NCBI GenBank assembly: GCA_035646835.1
Contig: DASROP010000278.1
Span: forward strand, 1 to 57,517
Direction: 5' to 3'
DNA from: Actinomycetales bacterium
Lineage (GTDB): Bacteria > Actinomycetota > Actinomycetes > Actinomycetales > DASROP01
Length of the DNA stretch: 57,517 nucleotides
Part shown: in pieces, positions 42,864 to 57,517 of the stretch
How positions within the stretch are numbered: position 1 is the first letter of the stretch
Layout of the letters: each line of letters opens with the position of its first letter
Made by a program: the position numbers and the translations under genes
Notes under the pieces: model-generated
The model's input: the letters and a program-made list of their open reading frames with translations, nothing else
Told to the model about the DNA's origin: nothing
The model's database searches: none

Positions 42864-43342
42864 TAGGAGTTCCTTCCCTTCGTGCTGGCTGCCTTGGTGG
42901 CAGCCTTCTTCGCCGGCGTCTTGGACGCCTTGGACTGGGGGGCAGGCGCGGCCTTCGGGGCCGGCTTCGCCTTCTTGGGTGCCACCTTGACCTCGTCACG
43001 GCCCGCGACGACCACGGTGATGTGGCTTGTCCGCTTGCGGACCCGGAAGGCACGCCCCTGAGCGCGCGGACGGAAGCGCTTCATCGTCGCGCCCTCGTCC
43101 ACGTACGCCGTGTGCACGACCAGGTCGCGCTCATCGAACGCCTCGCTCGCCCGGTCGGCCTTGACCCGGGCGTTGGCGATCGCGCTCTCGACGACCTTCA
43201 GCACCGGCTCGCTCGCGGCCTGCGGGGCGAACCGCAGCACCGAGACCGCCTCGCTCGCCTGCCGGCCACGGATGAGGTCGACGACGCGTCGGGCCTTCTG
43301 GGGCGTGACGCGGACGTACCGCGCCTGCGCCTTGGCTTCCAT
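42863..43342 (-). CDS. rplV: 50S ribosomal protein L22 (Lys/Ala-rich C-terminal extension)
   Basis: ORF 42863..43831 trimmed to ATG 43342 ([51 protein letters not shown]...). Confidence 0.95.
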   Translation of the reverse strand: MEAKAQARYVRVTPQKARRVVDLIRGRQASEAVSVLRFAPQAASEPVLKVVESAIANARVKADRASEAFDERDLVVHTAYVDEGATMKRFRPRAQGRAFRVRKRTSHITVVVAGRDEVKVAPKKAKPAPKAAPAPQSKASKTPAKKAATKAASTKGRNS

Positions 43343-43395
43343 CGCTGTCCTGCCTTCTCGTGAAGTCTCTACTGGCAACCGGAGGGTCCTCCGCC

Positions 43396-43677
43396 TCAGC
43401 GGCGGCGGTTCTTCCGGTCGTCCTTCTCGTGGCCGCGGAAGGTCCGCGTGGGGGCGAACTCCCCGAGCTTGTGACCGACCATCGCCTCGGTGACGAACAC
43501 CGGGACGTGCTTGCGGCCGTCGTGCACCGCGAGCGTGTGGCCCAGCATCTCCGGGACGATCATGGAACGCCGTGACCAGGTCTTGATGACGTTCTTGGTG
43601 CCCTTCTCGTTCTGCGTCTCCACCTTCTTGAACAGGTGGTCGTCGACGAAGGGGCCCTTCTTCAGGCTGCGAGGCAT
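43396..43677 (-). CDS. rpsS: 30S ribosomal protein S19
   Basis: 93 aa [61 protein letters not shown]... Confidence 0.97.
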   Translation of the reverse strand: MPRSLKKGPFVDDHLFKKVETQNEKGTKNVIKTWSRRSMIVPEMLGHTLAVHDGRKHVPVFVTEAMVGHKLGEFAPTRTFRGHEKDDRKNRRR

Positions 43678-43694
43678 GTCGTTTCAGGCTCCTG

Positions 43695-44531
43695 TCAGCG
43701 CTTCTTGCCGGAACGGCGGCGACGAATGATCTGGCGGTCGCTGGACTTGTTCGGCCGGCGGGTCCGGCCTTCCTTCTGGCCCCACGGGCTGACGGGGTGG
43801 CGACCGCCCGAGGTCTTGCCCTCTCCACCACCGTGCGGGTGATCGACTGGGTTCATCACGACACCGCGAACGGTCGGGCGCTTGCCCTTCCAGCGCATCC
43901 GGCCCGCCTTACCCCAGTTGATGTTGGACTGCTCGGCGTTGCCGACCTCGCCGACGGTGGCCCGGCACCGCACGTCGACGTTGCGGATCTCACCCGACGG
44001 CATCCGGAGCTGCGCGTTCACGCCCTCCTTGGCCACCAGCTGCACCGAGGTTCCGGCGGAGCGGGCGATCTTGGCGCCGCCGCCGGGGCGGAGCTCGATC
44101 GCGTGCACGACCGTGCCGACGGGGATGTTGCGCAGCGGCACGTTGTTGCCCGGCTTGATGTCGGCCGCCGGCCCGTTCTCGACGGTGTCACCCTGCTTCA
44201 GGCGCGTCGGCGCGATGATGTAGCGCTTGGTGCCGTCGAGGTAGTGGAGCAGCGCGATCCGCGCGGTGCGGTTCGGGTCGTACTCGATGTGCGCCACCTT
44301 GGCCGGCACGCCGTCCTTGTCATGACGACGAAAGTCGATGATGCGGTAGGCGCGCTTGTGGCCACCACCGTGGTGGCGCGTGGTGATCCGGCCGGAGCTG
44401 TTGCGCCCACCCTTCTTCGAGAGGGGCCGAACCAGCGACTTCTCCGGCTCCGACCTGGTGACCTCGACGAAGTCGGCGACGCTGGCGCCACGGCGGCCGG
44501 GCGTCGTCGGCTTGTACTTGCGGATTCCCAT
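43695..44531 (-). CDS. rplB: 50S ribosomal protein L2
   Basis: 278 aa [33 protein letters not shown]...[13 protein letters not shown]...[14 protein letters not shown]... Confidence 0.97.
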   Translation of the reverse strand: MGIRKYKPTTPGRRGASVADFVEVTRSEPEKSLVRPLSKKGGRNSSGRITTRHHGGGHKRAYRIIDFRRHDKDGVPAKVAHIEYDPNRTARIALLHYLDGTKRYIIAPTRLKQGDTVENGPAADIKPGNNVPLRNIPVGTVVHAIELRPGGGAKIARSAGTSVQLVAKEGVNAQLRMPSGEIRNVDVRCRATVGEVGNAEQSNINWGKAGRMRWKGKRPTVRGVVMNPVDHPHGGGEGKTSGGRHPVSPWGQKEGRTRRPNKSSDRQIIRRRRSGKKR

Positions 44532-44575
44532 GGTGAGTCAGTCCTCGTGTCTGGCAGACAGTGTCGAGCAGGCGG

Positions 44576-44893
44576 TCAGGAGACCGGTCCGCCGAAGATG
44601 TCGATGGTTCCTTCTCTGAGTGTGACGATCGCGCGCTTCGTGTCCTTGCGCTTGCCCAGGCCGAACCGCGTGCGGCGGGTCTTGCCCTGACGGTTGAGCG
44701 TGTTCACCGACGCCACCTTGACGTCGAACACGCGCTCGACCGCGAGACGGATCTCGGTCTTGTTCGCGCGGGGGTCGACGAGGAACGTGTACTTGCCCTC
44801 GTCGAGCAGCCCGTAGCTCTTCTCCGAGACGACCGGCGCGATCAGGACGTCACGGGGGTCCTTGCCGAGCGTGTGCTTCAGCGTGCCGCTCAC
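44576..44893 (-). CDS. rplW: 50S ribosomal protein L23
   Basis: 105 aa ...[51 protein letters not shown]... Start overlaps the rplD stop. Confidence 0.94.
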   Translation of the reverse strand: MSGTLKHTLGKDPRDVLIAPVVSEKSYGLLDEGKYTFLVDPRANKTEIRLAVERVFDVKVASVNTLNRQGKTRRTRFGLGKRKDTKRAIVTLREGTIDIFGGPVS

Positions 44894-45639
44894 TTCGAGT
44901 CCTCCTCGTCGGCAGAGTCGGTGACCTCGGCCTCCGTGGCCACGGCCTTCGCGCCCTTGCCGCGGCTGGGACCGGCCAGGAACGCCTGCAGGCCAGCCTC
45001 GGTGAAGACCACGTCGTCGGCGCAGAGCACGTCGTAGGTGTTCAGCTGGTCCGAGGTCAGCACATGCACGCGATGGGCGTTGCGCAGGCTCTTGACGCCG
45101 ACGACGTCGTCGCGGTGAAGCACCACGAGGACGTGCTTGCGGCTGCTGAGTCCCTCCAGCGCGGCGACCGCCGTCTTGGTCGAGGGCAGGTCGCCGTCGA
45201 CGACCGAGCTCAGCACGTGCACCCGTCCGTGGCGGGCCCGGTCCGAGAGGGCGCCGCGCAGGGCGGCGGCCTTCATCTTCTTGGGCGTCCGCTGGCTGTA
45301 GTCACGCGGCGTCGGTCCGTGGACGACGCCACCACCGGTGAACTGCGGAGCGCGCAGGGAACCTTGCCGAGCGCGGCCGGTGCCCTTCTGCTTGTACGGC
45401 TTAGCGCCGCCGCCTCGCACCTCACCGCGTGTCTTGGTCGAGTGGGTGCCCTGACGCGCGGCGGCGAGCTGCGCCACCACGACCTGGTGGATCAGCGGCA
45501 CGTTGGTCTGGACGTCGAACACCTCGGCGGGCAGCTCGACGGTGCCCGCCACCGCGCCCTTGGCGTCGACGACGTCGATGCTGCGTGCGCCCTCGGCGGG
45601 AGACTCCTTCTTGAGGGAGTTCTTCATGGAGGTGGCCAT
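44890..45639 (-). CDS. rplD: 50S ribosomal protein L4 (acidic C-terminal tail)
   Basis: ORF 44890..46182 trimmed to ATG 45639 ([42 protein letters not shown]...[15 protein letters not shown]...), 2 nt after the rplC stop. Confidence 0.94.
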   Translation of the reverse strand: MATSMKNSLKKESPAEGARSIDVVDAKGAVAGTVELPAEVFDVQTNVPLIHQVVVAQLAAARQGTHSTKTRGEVRGGGAKPYKQKGTGRARQGSLRAPQFTGGGVVHGPTPRDYSQRTPKKMKAAALRGALSDRARHGRVHVLSSVVDGDLPSTKTAVAALEGLSSRKHVLVVLHRDDVVGVKSLRNAHRVHVLTSDQLNTYDVLCADDVVFTEAGLQAFLAGPSRGKGAKAVATEAEVTDSADEEDSK

Positions 45640-45641
45640 CG

Positions 45642-46298
45642 TCAGGCTCCCTTCGCGGCGCTGCGGACGAGGACGACGGCACCGCGGGAGCCGGGGACCG
45701 CGCCCTTGACGAGCAGCAGCCCCCGCTCGACGTCCACGGCGTGCACCGTCAGGTTCTGCGTGCTCTGGCGGACCCCGCCCATGCGCCCCGCCATCCGCAT
45801 GCCCTTGAACACGCGGCCGGGCGTCGCGCACCCGCCGATCGAGCCGGGCTTGCGGTGGTTGCGGTGCGCACCGTGGGAGGCGCCCACGCCGTGGAAGCCG
45901 TGACGCTTCATCACGCCGGCGAAGCCCTTGCCCTTGGTGGTGCCGACGACGTCGACACTCTGCCCGGCCTCGAACACCTCGACCGTGAGCTCCTGGCCAA
46001 GTGAGTACTCGCCGGCGTCGGCCGTGCGCAGCTCCACCAGGTGCCGGCGGGGCGTGACACCCGCCTTGGCGAAGTGCCCGGACAGGGGCTGGTTGACCTT
46101 GCGGGGGTCGATGGCGCCGAAGGCGATCTGGACGGCGGCGTAGCCGTCCGTCTCGACGTCGCGCAGCTGCGTCACGACGCACGGACCCGCCTGCACGACG
46201 GTCACGGGGACCAGACGTCCAGCGTCGTCCCAGACCTGCGTCATGCCGAGCTTGGTGCCCAGCAGACCGGAGAGACGGCCAGTGGTTGCAGTAGACAT
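45642..46298 (-). CDS. rplC: 50S ribosomal protein L3
   Basis: 218 aa ...[36 protein letters not shown]...[13 protein letters not shown]... Confidence 0.96.
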   Translation of the reverse strand: MSTATTGRLSGLLGTKLGMTQVWDDAGRLVPVTVVQAGPCVVTQLRDVETDGYAAVQIAFGAIDPRKVNQPLSGHFAKAGVTPRRHLVELRTADAGEYSLGQELTVEVFEAGQSVDVVGTTKGKGFAGVMKRHGFHGVGASHGAHRNHRKPGSIGGCATPGRVFKGMRMAGRMGGVRQSTQNLTVHAVDVERGLLLVKGAVPGSRGAVVLVRSAAKGA

Positions 46299-46320
46299 TG
46301 GTCTGATATCCCTCAGGTCC

Positions 46321-46629
46321 TCAGAGCTTGATCTCGATGTTCACGTCGGCCGGCAGGTCGAGTCGCATCAGCGAGTCGACGGCCTTGGGCGTGGGATCGA
46401 TGATGTCGATGAGCCGCTTGTGGGTGCGCATCTCGAAGTGCTCGCGGCTGTCCTTGTACTTGTGGGGCGACCGGATGACGCAGAACACGTTCTTCTCCGT
46501 CGGCAACGGCACAGGCCCCACCACGGTGGCACCGGCACGCTGGACCGTGTCCACGATCTTGCGCGCCGAGGTGTCGATCACCTCGTGGTCGTAGGACTTG
46601 AGCCGGATGCGGATCTTCTGTGCAGCCAT
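46321..46629 (-). CDS. rpsJ: 30S ribosomal protein S10
   Basis: ORF 46321..46815 trimmed to ATG 46629 ([76 protein letters not shown]...). Confidence 0.96.
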   Translation of the reverse strand: MAAQKIRIRLKSYDHEVIDTSARKIVDTVQRAGATVVGPVPLPTEKNVFCVIRSPHKYKDSREHFEMRTHKRLIDIIDPTPKAVDSLMRLDLPADVNIEIKL

Positions 46630-46892
46630 GGCGTCCTGTGACTCTCTCTCGTCGTCCCGCTGCTGTCTCCCGGTCTCGCCGGTTGCGCCGACCCCCGAGG
46701 TCGGGTGTGTCGTGCGCCTCGGCACACGACTCCGCCCGATTGTTCTGCGTTTCGGTGGGTCGTCGGTTCCCGGTGGACCGGGGCGTCGACACGTGGGGCG
46801 TGAGTTCCCCCGCACCAGCGCGCATGAATGCGGCCGGCACGTGCGCCGAACAACCTGGCCAGTGTGCCAGAGGGCGAAGCCCTTTGGCCAAT

Positions 46893-46933
46893 CCGGTACG
46901 GGGTCGCGGGCTCGGCCCGCGACCCCGTACCGG
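46893..46933 (-). terminator. Strong hairpin terminator after tuf
   Basis: CCGGTACGGGGTCGCGGGC (46893-46911) / GCCCGCGACCCCGTACCGG (46915-46933): a perfect 19-bp inverted repeat with a 3-nt loop, 6 nt after the tuf stop. There is no U-tract (the I-shaped type common in actinobacteria). Confidence 0.6.
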
Positions 46934-46939
46934 AGAGTG

Positions 46940-48133
<1,194 letters not shown>

Positions 48134-48243
48134 TGGGGGTCCTCCTCGAGAGCTGGTCGTGTACGCCGTCCGGGGTGCCGGAGCGAACGCGTGAGTCTAG
48201 CCGCCGGCCGTGTGGCCGGGGTGTCCTGCTGGCTGGCGCGAGA

Positions 48244-50346
48244 TCACTCGCCCCGGATCTTCTTGATGATCTCCTCGGCCACCGCGCGCGGGACCTCGGC
48301 GTAGCTGTCGAACTGCATCGAGTACACCGCGCGCCCCTGGGTCTTGGACCGCAGGTCGCCGACGTAGCCGAACATCTCCGACAACGGAACGAGCGCCCGC
48401 ACTACCTTGGCGCCGCTCGCGTCCTCCATGGCCTGGATCTGGCCACGGCGGGAGTTGAGGTCGCCGATCACGTCGCCCATGTAGTCCTCGGGCGTACGCA
48501 CCTCGACGGCCATCATCGGCTCGAGCAGGGCCGGGTCGGCCCTCCGCACGGCCTCCTTGAGCACCTGCGAGCCGGCGATCTTGAAGGCCATCTCGGACGA
48601 GTCGACGTCGTGGTACGCGCCGTCGAGCAGCGTCGCCTTCACGCCGACCAACGGGTAGCCGGCGATGACGCCGAGCTCCATCGCGTCCTGGATGCCCTTG
48701 TCGACGCTGGGGATGTACTCGCGGGGGATCCGGCCGCCGGTGACCTTGTTGACGAACTCGTACATCTGCCCGTCGGCGGTGTCCATCGGCTCGATGGTCA
48801 CCTGGACCTTCGCGAACTGACCCGACCCACCGGTCTGCTTCTTGTGGGTGTAGTCGATCTTCACCACCGACTGGCGGATCGTCTCGCGGTAGGCCACCTG
48901 CGGCTTGCCGACGTTCGCCTCGACCTTGAACTCGCGCCGCATCCGGTCTACCAGGATGTCGAGGTGGAGCTCGCCCATCCCCTTGATGATGGTCTGGCCG
49001 GTCTCCTCGTCGAGCTGGACCTGGAACGTCGGGTCCTCCTCGGCGAGCTTCTGGATCGCGGTGCCGAGCTTCTCCTGGTCACCCTTGGTCTTCGGCTCGA
49101 TCGCCACCGAGATGACGGGCTCGGGGAACGTCATCGACTCGAGCACGATCTGGTCGCTCGGGTCGCACAGCGTGTCGCCCGTCGTGGTGTCCTTGAGGCC
49201 GATCATCGCGTAGATGTGGCCGGCCATCGCCTCGTCGACCGGGTTCTCCTTGTTGGAGTGCATCTGGAACAGCTTGCCGATGCGCTCCTTCCTTCCCTTG
49301 GTCGAGTTCACGACACCGGACCCGGCGGCGACCCGGCCCGAGTACACGCGGACGTACGTCAGCTTGCCGAAGAACGGGTGGGTCGCGACCTTGAAGGCCA
49401 GCGCCGAGAAGGGCTCGGTCGCGTCGGGCTTGCGAACGATCTCCTTCTCCTCGTCGCGGACGTCGTGGCCCACCATCGGCGGCACGTCCAGCGGAGAGGG
49501 CAGGAAGTCGAGGACGGCGTCGAGCATCGGCTGCACGCCCTTGTTCTTGAAGGCCGAGCCGCACATCACCGGGTACAGCTCGCTGGCCACGGTGAGCTTG
49601 CGGATCGCGCCCTTGATCTCCTCCGGCGTCAGGTCCTCGCCACCGAGGTACTTCTCCAGCAGGTGCTCGTCCGTCTCGGCGACCGTCTCGACCAGGTGGT
49701 GGCGGTACTCGGCAGCCTTCTCGGCGAGGTCGGCCGGGATCTCCTCGATCGTGTACGCCTCACCCTTGTCGGTGTCTCCACGCCACGTCAGCGCGCGCAT
49801 GTACACGAGGTCGACGATGCCGATGAAGTCGCTCTCGGCGCCGATCGGGAGCTGGATCACCAGCGGCTTGGCGCCCAGACGCTCGGTGATCGTGCGGACC
49901 GTGAAGTAGAAGTCGGCCCCGAGCTTGTCCATCTTGTTGACGAAGCAGATGCGCGGGACGTCGTACTTGTCGGCCTGGCGCCAGACGGTCTCGGACTGGG
50001 GCTCGACCCCCTCCTTGCCGTCGAACACCGCCACGGCACCGTCGAGCACCCGCAGGGACCGCTCCACCTCGACCGTGAAGTCGACGTGCCCGGGGGTGTC
50101 GATGATGTTGATCTGGGTGCCCTCCCAGAAGCACGTCGTGGCGGCGGAGGTGATGGTGATCCCCCGCTCCTGCTCCTGCTCCATCCAGTCCATCGTGGCG
50201 GCGCCGTCGTGGACCTCACCGATCTTGTAGTTGATCCCGGTGTAGAACAGGATCCGCTCGGTGGTGGTGGTCTTGCCGGCGTCGATGTGCGCCATGATGC
50301 CGATGTTCCGGACCTTGGTGAGGTCGGTCAGCACGTCCTGTGCCAC
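48244..50346 (-). CDS. fusA: Elongation factor G
   Basis: 700 aa [37 protein letters not shown]... Confidence 0.98.
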   Translation of the reverse strand: MAQDVLTDLTKVRNIGIMAHIDAGKTTTTERILFYTGINYKIGEVHDGAATMDWMEQEQERGITITSAATTCFWEGTQINIIDTPGHVDFTVEVERSLRVLDGAVAVFDGKEGVEPQSETVWRQADKYDVPRICFVNKMDKLGADFYFTVRTITERLGAKPLVIQLPIGAESDFIGIVDLVYMRALTWRGDTDKGEAYTIEEIPADLAEKAAEYRHHLVETVAETDEHLLEKYLGGEDLTPEEIKGAIRKLTVASELYPVMCGSAFKNKGVQPMLDAVLDFLPSPLDVPPMVGHDVRDEEKEIVRKPDATEPFSALAFKVATHPFFGKLTYVRVYSGRVAAGSGVVNSTKGRKERIGKLFQMHSNKENPVDEAMAGHIYAMIGLKDTTTGDTLCDPSDQIVLESMTFPEPVISVAIEPKTKGDQEKLGTAIQKLAEEDPTFQVQLDEETGQTIIKGMGELHLDILVDRMRREFKVEANVGKPQVAYRETIRQSVVKIDYTHKKQTGGSGQFAKVQVTIEPMDTADGQMYEFVNKVTGGRIPREYIPSVDKGIQDAMELGVIAGYPLVGVKATLLDGAYHDVDSSEMAFKIAGSQVLKEAVRRADPALLEPMMAVEVRTPEDYMGDVIGDLNSRRGQIQAMEDASGAKVVRALVPLSEMFGYVGDLRSKTQGRAVYSMQFDSYAEVPRAVAEEIIKKIRGE

Positions 50347-50393
50347 GGTGTCAGTGCCTCGTCTCGTCGTCTCTCGGTCCAGCAGAAGTGCTG

Positions 50394-50864
50394 TTACCAG
50401 CGGTAGTGCGCGAAGGCCTTGTTCGACTCCGCCATCTTGTGGGTGTCCTCGCGGCGCTTGACCGCCGCGCCGAGGCCGTTGCTCGCGTCGAGGATCTCGT
50501 TCATCAACCGCTCGGTCATCGTCTTCTCCCGGCGTGCGCGCGAGTACCCGACCAGCCAGCGCAGAGCCAGCGTGGTGGAACGACCGGGCTTGACCTCGAC
50601 CGGCACCTGGTAGGTGGCGCCACCGACGCGACGGCTCTTGACCTCGAGAGCCGGCTTGACGTTGTCCAGCGCGCGCTTGAGCGCGATCACCGGGTCGTTG
50701 CCGCTCTTCTCGCGGGCGCCCTCGAGCGCGCCGTAGACGATCCGCTCGGCGGTCGACTTCTTGCCGGCGGTCAGGATCTTGTTCACGAGCTGGGTGACCA
50801 GCGGCGAGTTGTACACCGGGTCGACCACCAGCGGCCTCTTCGGGGCCGGGCCCTTGCGCGGCAT
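50394..50864 (-). CDS. rpsG: 30S ribosomal protein S7
   Basis: 156 aa [48 protein letters not shown]... Confidence 0.97.
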   Translation of the reverse strand: MPRKGPAPKRPLVVDPVYNSPLVTQLVNKILTAGKKSTAERIVYGALEGAREKSGNDPVIALKRALDNVKPALEVKSRRVGGATYQVPVEVKPGRSTTLALRWLVGYSRARREKTMTERLMNEILDASNGLGAAVKRREDTHKMAESNKAFAHYRW

Positions 50865-51238
50865 CAGCTCTTCTCCTTCTTCGCGCCGTACCGGCTACGA
50901 GCCTGCTTGCGGTTCTTCACGGCCTGGGTGTCCAGCGAGCCGCGGACGATCTTGTACCGGACGCCGGGCAGGTCCTTCACGCGGCCGCCGCGGACGAGCA
51001 CGATCGAGTGCTCCTGCAGGTTGTGGCCGACGCCGGGGATGTACGCGGTCACCTCGATGCCGCTGGAGAGCCGGACGCGCGCGACCTTGCGCAGCGCGGA
51101 GTTCGGCTTCTTGGGCGTGGTGGTGTAGACGCGGGTGCAGACGCCACGGCGCTGGGGGCTCCCCTTCAGCGCCGGGGTCTTCTGCTTCCCGACCTTGTCC
51201 TGCCGGCCCTTGCGCACCAGCTGCTGGATCGTGGGCAC
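50864..51238 (-). CDS. rpsL: 30S ribosomal protein S12
   Basis: 124 aa [57 protein letters not shown]... Confidence 0.98.
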   Translation of the reverse strand: MPTIQQLVRKGRQDKVGKQKTPALKGSPQRRGVCTRVYTTTPKKPNSALRKVARVRLSSGIEVTAYIPGVGHNLQEHSIVLVRGGRVKDLPGVRYKIVRGSLDTQAVKNRKQARSRYGAKKEKS

Positions 51239-51371
51239 CGATGATCTCCGTCTGCTCGTCAGTTCTCTTGCCGACCCCCGCGTTCGGGTGTGTCGGCCGG
51301 GTGTTCCGGTACGCGGTCCTCAGATCTCGGGACACACGCGAAGGCCCGGGCGTACCCAGGCACGGCGCCTG

Positions 51372-51401
51372 AGCCTACCGTCGGGTCCGCGGGAGCGTCA
51401 A
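51372..51401 (-). promoter_or_regulatory. Candidate rpsL-rpsG-fusA-tuf promoter
   Basis: Minus strand: TTGACG (rc of 51396-51401), 18-nt spacer, TAGGCT (rc of 51372-51377). About 125-130 nt upstream of the rpsL ATG. Preceded by GGTTT, as at the rplM candidate. Confidence 0.4.
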
Positions 51402-51417
51402 AACCGTTCCCCAGCCA

Positions 51418-51463
51418 CCTGTCAGGCCCAGCGCGAGCGTGGCGCCGCGCCGCGCCTGACAGG
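51418..51463 (-). terminator. Hairpin after rpoC (candidate rpoBC terminator)
   Basis: CCTGTCAGGC (51418-51427) / GCCTGACAGG (51454-51463): perfect 10-bp outer stem with further GC pairing inside. Starts 8 nt after the rpoC stop. A short GGTTTTG run lies about 15 nt downstream on the minus strand. Confidence 0.5.
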
Positions 51464-51471
51464 TCGGCTGC

Positions 51472-55344
<3,873 letters not shown>

Positions 55345-55441
55345 GGTGGCTGCTTCCCTCGTTCTTTAGAACTTTGTGTTGATCAAGTTGTGGGACTGAC
55401 TCCCGGACCTGCGGCCTGAACCACAGGCCCGGGGTCCCCGT

Positions 55442-55471
55442 GAAGTTTTCGAGCGGAGCGATGAAAACTTC
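55442..55471 (-). promoter_or_regulatory. AT-rich perfect hairpin in the rpoB-rpoC spacer (attenuator/processing-site candidate)
   Basis: GAAGTTTTC (55442-55450) / GAAAACTTC (55463-55471): 9-bp perfect stem with a 12-nt loop, 10 nt after the rpoB stop. Confidence 0.4.
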
Positions 55472-55481
55472 GTGGGGTGGG

Positions 55482-57517
<2,036 letters not shown>

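Overview
This is a very GC-rich actinobacterial chromosome segment, transcribed almost entirely from the minus strand. It is the conserved translation/housekeeping supercluster. Reading from high to low coordinates:

- rpoB (5' part outside the window), rpoC, and rpsL-rpsG-fusA-tuf.
- The S10/spc/alpha ribosomal-protein operons (rpsJ through rplQ), including secY-adk-map-infA-rpmJ.
- truA, an ABC-F ATPase, rplM-rpsI, glmM, coaA (+ strand), glmS, acpS, an NAD(P)HX repair enzyme, alr, an alpha/beta hydrolase, and tsaE-tsaB-rimI-tsaD.
- A small non-core patch: a PNPOx-like protein, a GH3 lipoprotein, a metallophosphoesterase and a SAM methyltransferase.
- CIRCE-controlled groES-groEL, a WhiD/WhiB3-like gene, a MerR + B12-binding (CarH/LitR-like) regulator and a BldM-like orphan response regulator.
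- guaB, a GuaB3-type paralogue, glpD and an aldehyde dehydrogenase that runs off the window edge.

From memory, the order parallels the Streptomyces rpsJ...guaB region and M. tuberculosis Rv3409c-Rv3462c. I found no rRNA, tRNA, CRISPR array or IS/transposase.

Many ORF-track entries are over-extended at the N-terminus. I trimmed them using homology-style N-termini, RBS positions and stop/start coupling.

I do not see a convincing, entirely new multi-gene system. The most interesting items are:

1. A CarH/LitR-type regulator carrying the W-x9-EH signature. It is divergent from the whiB gene, and repeat/dyad operator-like sequences sit in the predicted whiB promoter.
2. A dispersed nested-palindrome repeat sharing an identical 18-mer at two intergenic sites.
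3. An L17 protein with a 170-aa C-terminal extension that ends in a conserved-looking module.
4. A hairpin that buries the truA translation start.
5. An ABC-F gene inserted at the truA-rplM junction.

All promoter, terminator and start-codon calls are sequence-pattern inferences.
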